Assembly (NCBI GenBank): GCA_951406725.2
Contig: OX597826.1
Span: 83,266,001 to 83,330,000, forward strand
DNA: 64,000 nucleotides
Direction of reading: 5' to 3'
Origin: Octopus vulgaris
Lineage: Eukaryota
Part shown: positions 11,365 to 22,704 of the stretch, one piece after another
Position numbering within the stretch: position 1 is the first letter of the stretch
How the letters are laid out: every line of letters begins with the position of its first letter
Program-made: the position numbers and the translations under genes
The notes under the pieces: model-generated
What the model was told of the DNA's origin: nothing
Seen by the model: the letters and a program-made list of their open reading frames with translations, nothing else
The model's database searches: none

Positions 11365-13202
11365 CAAGTGTGCGAGTGTTTGTTTGAGTGTGCGTAGTAT
11401 GTAGGGGGCGTAGGTTTGTGTATGAAACCTATTGAGTTATAGGAAGCTCAAGTCAAGATCTTGTCCCTACATGCCGTCTTTCTGTATCTAAGATCGGTCG
11501 GGTACCTGAAGGTCTTAAGATTTTAACTCGTCGCTGCAAACAAACGCTGTAAGTAAAAATGGCAATGTTCACGGTTAACAGAAGCTATCCGTGCTTCCAC
11601 ATACAGTAACTACTGATAGAATATTGATCACGCATTCTATTTCAATTAGATTGTTGATCTGTGATGTAAACATTGTGTGGATTTAACTTCTCGTTTGTTT
11701 AGCGCAACAGAATCAATACCCAGCGATGAGGTTGTGTTGATACAACTCCCGAAACCACATTGCGATATTTCTACTGTATTTCCCAGATGGCTGACATAAC
11801 ATCGCCACAGGATTTGACGATATTTTAGCACCTCTTCTGAGATTACAGTCTCTGGACAGCATTACCTTTTGACAATGACTCGTTGTATCCAGATACACTT
11901 TCATTCAGCTGGCTCCCGTGCTTTTAAGTATTCAAATAGAAAATTGCTGTTTGTTTGTTTTCTGGCTGTACAGCCGGAAATTTTGGCCTGTGTTTGCTAT
12001 TCACTTGTGCACGTGCAATATTTAGTATTTACTTACTGAGCTAGGTTATAGAAGGAATGATGAATTTATCTGGGTCAAGTGTGTTGTCTAGAAATAACTT
12101 AAAATTATGTCATGAAAAGTCAATATATCGAAAACATAAGATAAAACGAAGACAAATCATGGCCTGTATTATATAAATGAATGCATGATCAGTATTCGGG
12201 AAAGGATAAAGTATCAAACACAGAGGTGACCCTTTCTATTGTTAACATTTCTTGGCGAGAAAGGACGAGGGATTTCAAGTTAGACGTAACGGTGCGGTAC
12301 AGTCTACGATATTGTTTACTGTGTACCGCTAATCTCGACAAAAACTGGCTTTGTTCCTTTTTACAAATAATTAATATGTCTTTACATGAAACAAAGATGC
12401 CGTCTTGGATAAGTTGCCCGAATTTCAATTCCAACGAAAATGACATTTCTACCCACCGTATCACAATCTCGGTAAAATAAAAGTAATATACTGCGATCAT
12501 TTCAATAGAACATATAAACATATAAACACACACACACACACACATCGATCCAATAACTTTTCCTTATTGTTCCACTAAAGACAAAAAGAAAATTGAGAAC
12601 ACACTGCAACTAATTAACCAATTCTGAGTAGAATGTCTCCTTTTCAAAATAATTGCCAAAAATAATTATATGTATGTAAGTATACATGTATTCTTTATCT
12701 GTAAGAATTATATTCAGCATAGTTAATCTTCCAATAATCCGCAACCGATTTCGGTTCTCGGCTGCATCCAATGTTCAGCATCTTACAGTTCAATTCCACA
12801 ATGGTCCACGAATAAGAACCAAATTCAAAAATTAAAATACTTAAAATGTTTATTAGTTGCTGTCTTAAAAGAAAATCCAATTCTTTAAACAATTGGAATC
12901 GTTTGATAATGTATTAGAATATGATTAGACATCAATATAACACATGGGATAAAAGTTCATTTCTTCAAGTTCTGGGCGAGTTGCAGGGTTTCCGTCGTGT
13001 CACACGGCATATCTTGACCACAGCCAATTTCTTGCAGAGAGAGAATGGGGGAGGGGAGCGATAGGAGATGAATCATAGACCTCAGTATTGGATTGTCACT
13101 TTGGATTATCCTCAAAAATATGGCAGGTAAAGCAGATTTCAGTAAGAAATTAAGTGGAAACGCAGAGCGCCAGAACGCTTGCCAAGAAGCTTTCTAGCCA
13201 AT

Positions 13203-13804
13203 CATCATCATCATCATTGTTCGACCGTGGTCGAGACAATGGAATTTACTATGCTACGCCAGACTTCACGGTCCATCATGGCATTACGGAGGTCCTGTTG
13301 CTGGATGCCTGTATCCCTGGAGATTACATCAGGGTAGAAGAGTGTGCGCCCTCTGGTATTGCGAGTAGATGGCTTCCAGAGGAGAAGAGTAGAAATTGCC
13401 TCGTTTTCAGCTCTACAACAATGTCCAGCAAACTGAACTCTCCTACCTTTCACAAGAGATGACACGGGTGGTAGTTTCCCATATATTTGCATTTTGGTTG
13501 GATGGCGCTTCCACGAGAGATTTTGAGCTCTCATAAGGAGGCGAGTGTAGGTTCCGTCCAACCGCCTCTCAAGCTTCTTTGATAACGTCCAGGTTTCTGA
13601 GTCATATAGTAGAATTGATTCGACTGTGGCTTTGAAGATTTCAAGTTTCAAGTCTCTACTTAGATTTGATGACCAGATCTTATGCATGTCATTACAGGCT
13701 GACCAGGCCATACCCTTTCTAGTTAGAAAATCTTTTCCAGATGATGATATGTATGACCCAAGATATTTGTAATCAGAAACCATATTTAAGGGCGCATTGT
13801 TGAG
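13203..13804 (-). mobile_element. RTE-clade LINE, 5'-truncated 3' end (RT C-terminus) with (TGA)n tail and 7-bp TSD
   Basis: Open frame with YKYLGSYIS, ATVESILLYDSETWTL and RRVQFAGHC, ending at a stop inside (TGA)5. AGCCAAT flanks both sides (13196-13202, 13805-13811). Confidence 0.9.
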
Positions 13805-13954
13805 AGCCAATACTTCACAGCCTCCTCCAATTCACGGCATTGTGTGATGAAATATAAACTAACAATCTGTTAGTAAGGAACTCGCATTGAATGACCACCC
13901 AAACTTGTAGTTTAGGAAATGTTTCTGCTGCTTCTATTACCAACCCTGCTGCAG

Positions 13955-13991
<37 letters not shown>

Positions 13992-14139
13992 TGCTGTTGC
14001 TGCTACTGTTGCTAGGTGGTCAGGTTATTAAGGTTTTACCACCCATTTCTATAAGCACCAGACGCAGTATCTCGGACTTGCTACATCATGTGTAGTCAAA
14101 TATTATAAACGGTTTTAACCAACCATACTCTACCAAAAC

Positions 14140-14470
14140 GTGCGTCAATAAGAAAGTTCAGGCGCTCACCGTCTCCTACCAGACGGACAATGCGGTCATT
14201 AGAAGTTCAGCCATAGAGAGAGGATTTGTAAGATCCTCTTGAAAATTTTAGCCATCAACAAGAACGAAGTGACTGGTCTGTTCAAAAGGACGCTCGGGAC
14301 GATGGCTATGTATAAATTCCAGCGATCCTTGGTCTAGCAGTGCTACGGAGGGATCCTGTCGGTTGGAGACTTTATAGGCGCGGAAGGCCGTCATCGGGTC
14401 AGTCTTCGTTACGAGCTGAGAGACGAAACTGTGCTAAACGCACCCATACAGTCGCTTTTTGTCTTTTCTT
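14140..14470 (+). mobile_element. Degenerate L1/Tx1-like LINE fragment (region around the C-terminal zinc-binding motif)
   Basis: Broken translation EVTGLFKRTLG..FQRSLV*QCYGGILSVGD..YRRGR..DETVLNA resembles the W..Y...LPV..KL...CPRC...ET..H pattern. Confidence 0.5.
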
Positions 14471-15437
14471 TTACGATGTTAAGTCGAGCAGCTTCGTGGA
14501 TCTCTCTGGCTCTGCAAGTAATTTGGTTCGATTCTTTGTTCAGTCTTCCATGCAATGTGAGAACAACATTTAACATTAGCACAAATTCACAAATTACGTA
14601 GACGGACATAAACAACAGTACTTTCCTGATGTTTATCTTATCAACCACTGCATGGATGAAAGTCAAGGTCGACCCTCAGCGAAGAAAGAAATGTAACTAA
14701 ATATACCGGAAGTACTTGTTTTGGCACTTTGTTGATTTTGTCATTCATCGCCATTTTAAATACTTGATATCGATATAAATTACTTTTGCTCTTTTTTACT
14801 TATCGACATATCATTTATAACCTCGGCTCTTTGCAGATTTTTAGCACTCAGACACAAAGCAAATAGACGGCAACAGTAACAACAGCAACAATCAATAACC
14901 TCGTATCATGTTTGACAAACAAAAACTGAGAAACAAATGAACGTTTATGACTGTAGAAATAATGAGCATCTCAAAATGTGGGGGGGGGTTACAGTTTCTT
15001 TTTTCCGAAAAACGCCACAACTGTGTTACCAGAAAATAGCAAAGACTGGTAGAATCGTTAGACTGCCGGACTAAACATCATTTGGTATTTAGTAACTTTC
15101 CTTTATGTTCTGACTAAACATTACGTTAAGGGTTCAAGTCTCAGCACAATAATCAACACTTACGCGATGGTAAAATTAGACGTACTTTTGTGCATGAGGT
15201 ATACACACACACACACACACGTGCACACACACACACACACACATACACATATATATACATATATATATATACATATAAATATATATGCATATATATATAT
15301 ACATATAAATATATATGCATATATATATATATATATACTGAATCATACTGATAGACAGACAAACAGACGTTCGCACATACACACAAGCATACATAAACAC
15401 AACACAGATACACACACAGATACACACATAGATACAC

Positions 15438-15468
<31 letters not shown>

Positions 15469-15963
15469 TGTTAACTGTATTAGGTCACTACGCGTTTCAT
15501 AGACAAACATTACTTCCTTTTCTGTTTTACAAAACCGTTTAAAATATAAATTGCATCAAAATGAAATGAAAGCTGTCTTCACATTAAAACACTCGGAGCA
15601 GACAAAATGACAATTGTGAATTTTACATTTGTATGTCGTCGATCAGATGTCATCTCGTCTTTCTCTCGGATCATTTGATACAATGATTCCTCTGTCTGGT
15701 CTATTGTCTCTCCCACGTTTTCTTTCACTTTTCACGCCCATCCTCCTCTCTCCCTCTTTCTCTCTCTCTCTCTCTCCCACACACCTCTCCTTCTCTCCAT
15801 AGTTTCCTATGCCCCATTGACACTCCAATCCCTTCAACGAAGCTTCTTACTCCACCGCCAATCCTCTTCCTGTTACGTTTCTTTCTCTTCACTTTCCCCT
15901 TCTTCAATTCCTTCGTTTATAAACACAAACAAATGCAATTTTATATATTATTATGTAGATATA

Positions 15964-16110
15964 GGCGCACGAGTGCCTCCCAAGCACATATAGCCCCAGG
16001 TTCAATCCCATTGCATGGCACCTTGGGCAAGTGTTTTCTCCTATAGCCTCAGGCAGACCAAAGCCTTGTGAATGGATTTTGTAGACGGAAACTGAAAGAA
16101 GCCAGTTTTA
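15964..16110 (+). mobile_element. SINE family A, 5' half
   Basis: GGTTCAATCCCATTGCATGGCACCTTGGGCAAGTG...GTAGACGGAAACTGAAAGAAGCC, ending in its internal (TG)n. Confidence 0.8.
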
Positions 16111-16145
16111 TGTGTGTATGTATGTATATATATGAGTGTGTGTGT

Positions 16146-16175
<30 letters not shown>

Positions 16176-16176
<1 letters not shown>

Positions 16177-16406
16177 GAGGCACATGGCCTAGTGGTTAGA
16201 GCAGCGGACTCACGGTCGAGGGATCGCAGATTCGAATCTCAGACCGGGCGATGTGTGTGGTTGTGAGCGAAACACCTAAGCTCCACGCTTCTCCGGCAGA
16301 AGGTAACGGCGAACTTCTGCTGACTCTTTCACCACAACTTTCTTTCACTCTTTCCTCCTGTATCTTGCAGCTCACTTGCGACGGACCGGCGTCCCGTCCA
16401 GGTGGG
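16176..16406 (+). mobile_element. tRNA-derived SINE, family C, 3'-truncated
   Basis: tRNA-like head TGGCCTAGTGGTTAGAGCAGCGG (A box) ... GATTCGAATCTC (B box). Related heads at 31424, and on the minus strand at 30900-31130 and 41290-41500. Confidence 0.8.
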
Positions 16407-16413
16407 AAAAATA

Positions 16414-18335
16414 TACACTGTTTGATATTAAGAGACTTCAACGCTTCCACGATCGATTGGCCCGCATCAATTTGTACAACATCTTCCCGGTTCAGCCAGG
16501 CCCTTCTTGACGTGGCTGAAGATTGTTTTCTATCGCAACATGTTGAATATCCGACAAGGCATCGGTCTGGGCAGCAGCCATCTAAGCTGGATCTGGTATT
16601 CTCCCGCTATCCAAGATCAGTGTCAGACGTATCTGTGTGCGCCCCTCTTGCCAAGAGTGATCATGCGGTCCTGAAGTTCGTCATGCACACAACTTTTTCT
16701 ACGCCCACGACTACTTCGCTGCCACGTAGAGTCTTCTCTGCAATTAATCTTGAAATTCTAACCGAGGCTTCCGCGCTTCTGGACTGGCGATCCCTGATGA
16801 CGTTGTCCACAGTTGACAAACTATGGTCATCCCTCAAAACATATGTAATCTGGTTGACTGACCAGGCAGTTCCCGTTGGGCTTCCCAAGAAGAAGAAACA
16901 CAAGCCCTGGGTGACGAAGAAGGTTAAACGAGAACTTCGACTCAGAGATATTGCTTGGGCTGAATTCAAATATCTGGATTCGACTGCAGCTTTTGAGGTG
17001 TACAAAACTCAACGAGACTGAGCCGTGAAAATTGAAAAGGAAGAACGCTTCAGATATGAATACAAAATCGCGGCAAACGCCAGTAGCAATCCAAAATCCT
17101 TCTTTGCCCATGTCCAGCGGAATTCCCGCTTGAACAACCAAATTGCAACGTTGGTAGACTCAACAGGCATATCGACTGAGGACCCTTATCAACAGAGTCA
17201 ATTATTTGCCAAGGCTTTTTCAACTATTTTCAAACAAGATGATGGTCGTGAACCCCCTCCATTTGATAGATCGGTACCTCCAATGCTTCGATTGGTCATC
17301 ACGCGGGACGAAGTCAAACGTGTTATCCAAGGCCTCGATGTCAACAAGGGTCACGGCCCTGACGGCATACACCCACGGGTTATCAAAGCGTTGACTCCGG
17401 TCATCTGCGAGCCCTTAACATGTCTATTCAATATGTCATTGGCGACAGGTGTTATACCTGCGGACTGGAGAACAGCGATAATCTGCCCAATTTTCAAGAA
17501 AGGGAGCCGCGAAGACCCGCTTAACTACCGACCGGTTTCCCTTACATCAATAATCAGCAAGATGTTCGAAACCATCCTTAAGAAAATTATGATGCTCCAC
17601 AGCCTCTATCTCTGATTCCCAACACGGCTTCGTGCCGAAGAGATCATGCTTGACCAACTTACTGGTAATGGAAGAATAGGTGACGCGTATCCTGGATGAT
17701 GGTGATGCTGTTGACATCGTTTTATTGGACTTTGCCAAAGCTTTTGACTCGGTTAACCACCGCCTATTACTTGTCAAGCTTCAAGCATATAGTTTCCATC
17801 CGGATATTGTACGATGGGTTGGTGCCTTCCTCTCAAATCGCTCCTTCCAAGTCCAAGTTAATGGTTCGCGGTCCGACGTCTCCAGTGCGAGCAGTGGCGT
17901 GCCTCAAGATTCAGTGCTTGGGCCCTTATTGTTCTTAGTCTTCATAAATTACTTGCCCGACGACCTCACGCAACACACCCTTCTATTTGCCGACGATGTC
18001 AAACTGGTCGCTCCTCGCGGTGATATAGAGGATCTTCGTCGATGCCTCCACCAAATTTGGAGGTGGTCTAACGAATGGGACCTGTGTCTGAACGTGTCAA
18101 AGTGCTGTCATCTGCCTGTTGGCTCTCCTCCTGCAACTCAACTTGATTTCGAGCCGGGTCGTCTGCTGCTGGAGAGGACCGATCAGATAAAGGACCTGGG
18201 TATCTTGGTGGATTCCTCCTTTTCGCCTTCGGCCCAGTGCGTCCATGCTGCCAACAAATCACGCGGAATTCTGTTCTTGATTCGACGGTCATTCGGAATG
18301 CTCACAGCAGCCATATTCCTACCACTCTATGTCAG
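16414..18335 (+). mobile_element. CR1-clade LINE ORF2 pseudogene (APE endonuclease end plus reverse transcriptase), truncated at both ends
   Basis: Motifs (G>R)DFN, LDLVF, SDH, GPDGIHPR, NYRPVSLTS, QHGF..RSCLTNLL, DFAKAFD, SGVPQ(G>D)SVLGPLLF, FADD, KDLG. Stops at 17019 and 17677, frameshift near 17600. Confidence 0.95.
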
Positions 18336-18510
18336 AATGAAGGCTAAGCAGGTCGAAACTATTATCAACTCTTCTTCTTAAAGAATAATACATATGTACT
18401 CAACAAGATGTATTGAGTAATCTTTCAGTTTAATGTTAGATTATTTTTCTTATAACTCGACACAAGGACAAAAATTAAATGTAAATAAGATCATATATGT
18501 ATATTTATAC

Positions 18511-18710
18511 TTTACTTAAAAGCAGCAAAAATATCACGAAATGTGTTACTCAGAGTTTCACGTTCCTGTTAGTCGGACATTCTAACAAAACTGTCCTACG
18601 AACGGGAACGTGAAACTCTGAGTAACACTTTTGTGATATTTCTGCTGCTTTTAAATAAAGCATATTACTCTCCCTCTGGTATTTGAGTACTCTTTTTTTC
18701 CACCTTGTTC
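18511..18710. mobile_element. Inverted pair of Penelope-like terminal repeats, each with a minimal hammerhead-like motif
   Basis: Arms 18511-18579 and 18592-18659 are reverse complements. Plus arm: AAAACTGT CCTACGA ACG GGAA CGT GAA ACTC T GAGT A ACACTTTT. Confidence 0.7.
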
Positions 18711-19389
18711 TCTGGTATATATATACATATATATATATATCTCAAAGTATGTATTACAAGGAAAATGTTGAAGTTTCATCTTGCGGTTAAAGCAATGTGG
18801 CTGCAAAGAAGATGCGGTCTAATTGTGTTGCTGCTCTTCTTCTTTGTCTTCTACGGCGTATAAAGATACATCTTAATGAATGGAGTGATGGGTGAAGCTG
18901 GACTAAGGAGTTAAAAAAGAAGAAAGGGTAGAACGCTGTAGGAAGAAGAAGAAGAAGAAGAAGAAGAAGAAGAAGAAGAAGAAGAAGAAGAAGAAGAAGG
19001 GGAAGGAGGAGGAGGAGGAGGTGGAGGAGGAATGAAGTGAGAAGGTGGATAAATGAGACATTGTTCTGGTTGCACAGGTTTCGTTAATTTCGTTGCATCC
19101 AGGTAAATCGCAGGTGAGTGGGTTGTGTATATTTACTGTAGGAAATTAGTGATTGGTTTTTAATTGTTCGGATTCATTCAAGCATGTATTCAAACACAGG
19201 TGCAACAGGTTACATTTATACTGAGGCTCAGGTCAAAGACAGATCAGATTCTATGGTCCGTGCTCAGACAAATCCTCAGCTGAGAGAGCTTCTTTCTCAG
19301 AACTGGTTTTCATCTAACACGAAGGGTGTCATTTGACGATTGTGCAAACGCTTAAGCTCTTTCTTGCAAGCTAGTATTGTAATTATATG

Positions 19390-19586
19390 TTGGTTTCAAA
19401 TTTTGCTACAAGGCCAACAATTTTGGTAGATATGATAAGTACATTGACCCCAGTACGTAACTGGTACTTATTTTATCAACCCCAAGGGAATGAAAGGCAA
19501 TGACAACTTCGGCCGAATTTGAACTCAAAACGTGAAGTCAAACGTTTTTCTCGGCATGTTAACGATTCTGCCAGTTCACTGCCTTA
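19390..19586 (-). mobile_element. SINE family B
   Basis: Homologous to 9416-9577, 28420-28640 and 31690-31905. Confidence 0.8.
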
Positions 19587-19854
19587 TAGTAAATATACAT
19601 CAAGTTGCATATACACAAATATCTATACACTTAAACTTTCGTATATAAGTAACTCAATGTATACAAAATCTTGTATATATATATATATATGAGCATAGGC
19701 ACACATAGATATACCGACACAAATTCGGAAATGCTTAAGCATGCACAGAAATAAATGAATATTCAAACATGCATATATACTAATCGTTATGGACATATAC
19801 AAATGCGTCCACACACACACACACATACACATGTACATATGTCACTAAAACCCG

Positions 19855-20150
19855 TCTATATATGAAACTAAGAATGCGTATCTGTCTGTGTGTCTGTATG
19901 TAAACATCAGTAAAACTCGAAAACTATTCAACCGATTTCATTCAAATTTCTTCACATGCCTTACTTAGGGTCTATGGAGTGCCATGGGCCCAAAATATGT
20001 TCTACTTCTTGCCTAATACGAGCCCGGAGCAATTTCTTATCTCTTACACCGTTTCGGTATTACCTGTCAAAAGCGTAACAATAACATATTTATTGTAATG
20101 TGATATAATAGATTCACTATTATAGGGTTTCAATTTCAATTACTTTCACT
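19855..20150 (+). mobile_element. Probable non-autonomous Helitron 5' fragment
   Basis: Starts TCTATATATGAAA, then a (TCTG)-like microsatellite, then ACTATTCAACCGATTTCATTCAAATTT, the layout of invertebrate Helitron derivatives. No 3' CTAG found. Confidence 0.5.
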
Positions 20151-20323
20151 ATGTATTTATATACATACCGAGATTAAACAGCCGAAATTACTAAGATGAT
20201 CCGGTTCCCGGTTGAAGATTAGAGGCTTCGAGTGACCCGTCTGTTTTTTTTTTTGTGTCGTCTATTTGTGTGTTTTTGCGTTCTTGTCCCACTTTGTAAT
20301 TTATATTTTATATTTAATTTCTT

Positions 20324-20387
<64 letters not shown>

Positions 20388-20580
20388 AACATGTAAATAA
20401 TATATATATATGTATGTATATTTATGTATATATTTGTAAGTATGTATATGTATATATATACATATATGTGTGTGTGTGTATGTATATATAAATGTGTGTA
20501 TATGTATATATATACTATTCTACTTTCTATGTTCTACATTATATATTTCAATAATTTCTGGTATTTTTATATATGCGTAA

Positions 20581-20622
<42 letters not shown>

Positions 20623-20665
20623 TATATATGCATATATATATACATTTTTATATTTATATGTATAT

Positions 20666-20720
<55 letters not shown>

Positions 20721-20749
20721 TATACATGCATGTGTGTGTGTGTGTGTGT

Positions 20750-20910
20750 GTGTTCCCTTCTTTGGACTTTTTCTTTTTTCTATATTTCTGACAATGAGCT
20801 CCGCTCGAAACGTGAAATCTTCCTTCTTTCTTTCCTTTCCTGAGCGTCTAATAACACTGTACATATTCCATGTCCTCGCGTTGTTGTGTTTTCTCTTCAT
20901 GTTTGGATTA
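20750..20910 (+). mobile_element. Penelope-like terminal fragment with hammerhead-like motif
   Basis: ATTT CTGACAA T GAGC TCC GCTC GAA ACGT G AAAT at 20784-20818, embedded between (TA)/(TG) tracts. Confidence 0.6.
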
Positions 20911-20921
20911 ACTATATATCA

Positions 20922-20956
<35 letters not shown>

Positions 20957-21271
20957 CGTGACCGACCAGGCTATCAGATGTTACTACACATCGCTGGTCA
21001 CAATACGCTTCGCATTGTTTTAGCCTTAGATGACGCCACCCCGCTGGCTAACATATATATATATATATAAATGGAACAAAAACGCAATAGAGGACAAAAA
21101 AACATTCGGGCGGACAGACGATACAAAGGCGGACAAGAGAAACAACAATTAGAAGGACAGGCAAAAAAAAACGGGTTATTCTTGGCTTTCTTTCCTCAGT
21201 CAAGTACCAGAAGTCACCACCGTTTTGATACATACATACCTACATACGCATTTACACACACATACATTATG

Positions 21272-21455
<184 letters not shown>

Positions 21456-21574
21456 CTTCTCGGCTCAATTGGACAATTTGCGAAAAAGAAAAGGAAATAA
21501 GAATATCCTAATATCTCATCCGAAAATAGAAGTATTTCAAGAAATGAAATGTTATCAACCTAATTATGACTGGG

Positions 21575-22210
21575 AGATAACAGTTTATTCCAAGCAGCTG
21601 CTCTCAGCTTCGCATACAACCTGAAGACGGCCCCGGAACCTGACACGTGTGTTCTTCATTGTATCTCTGGGAATATCTTCGAACACGTCCTTGATCTTGG
21701 GCACCGGTTTGGCATTGATATTGCAGAGCCGCTGGTGGCTTCCTAAACTGCACCCCACACATAGTAATCCATAGGATTATAGCGGGGAGATTCGGAGGTC
21801 AGAAATTGGACCTCGTGAAGTTGTAGAAATTGTCCTGTAACCAGTCGTGACTCTTTCCCTGGGTATAGCAAGGAGCTAAATCCTGCTGTCAAAAATATGG
21901 CCTTCCATCAGCAATCCTCTCCAACCAGAGAATGACAACAGTCTCCAGCAACTTCATATAATCGTCTGAAGTGTAACTAAGGCCCTGTTTAAGGATCTGG
22001 GGAAGAATTCTTGGGTAGGGAACCCCTGCTGTGTCCCTTCCTGCTGGCCACAGCTTCGAGATTTCCGTTGCAGCCGTCCATGTCACGTCTTACAGTTTTT
22101 ATAATGTTCACAGAGCATTGAACAGCCGTCAGCATTTTGAGACCTTGCGCGGTCTTCATGACACAGGTAACTCCTTTCCAATATTCAGATGGCTTCCAGT
22201 TCCATACTAA
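21575..22210 (-). mobile_element. Internally deleted Tc1/mariner-superfamily transposase pseudogene (DD37D/maT-like)
   Basis: Broken translation YMKLLETVVILWLERIADGRPYF*QQDLAPCYT..SHDWLQDNF..F*PPNLP..NPMDYYVWGAV matches the second and third catalytic Asp regions. Joined directly to an N-terminal piece. Confidence 0.75.
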
Positions 22211-22222
22211 CTGATGTGTGTA

Positions 22223-22274
<52 letters not shown>

Positions 22275-22704
22275 TGTCTGTCTGTTTGTCTGCCTGTCTG
22301 TCTGTGTGTGTAAGCAAAGTAGCTAGATGTAAAATCTGAAGAAGATATGAGAGTACTAACTATACTATCAAGTAAAGTTAATTGCCACATCAAAGTGGCT
22401 GTTCCATGTTGCTACTAGTTTAACCCCAGGCAGATCTTCCACCAGCTGGTTATTTTACTGAGCACGCTTCGGAAAATTTACCAAATGATTAGACGAATTA
22501 AAATGTATGTTATGGAATAAAAACTTAAGTATTATCTACACACCATATTACTATGGCTGTTTAAATTTACTAAAATTACATCTAACTCGATTCAGATCTC
22601 TGGCAGTCTTTTTAGCCTGGAAGAGGAAGAGACTTTTGAACAGCCCTAATCGTGTCCAATTAGTTACGTTTCATTTCATAGGCATATATATATATATATA
22701 TATA

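Noticed and set aside
16176-16250. tRNA gene
   Set aside because: A and B boxes are present but there is no clean acceptor stem or pol III T-run, and the head continues into a multi-copy SINE body. The same applies to 31424 and the other heads.
16251-18381. Functional or domesticated reverse transcriptase gene
   Set aside because: Two in-frame stops, a frameshift, altered GDFN and QGS motifs, and truncation at both ends.
18795-18863. Signal-peptide-like mini-ORF MWLQRRCGLIVLLLFFFVFYGV
   Set aside because: Hydrophobicity comes from short GCT/CTT repeats, it stops immediately, and it has no good donor or promoter.
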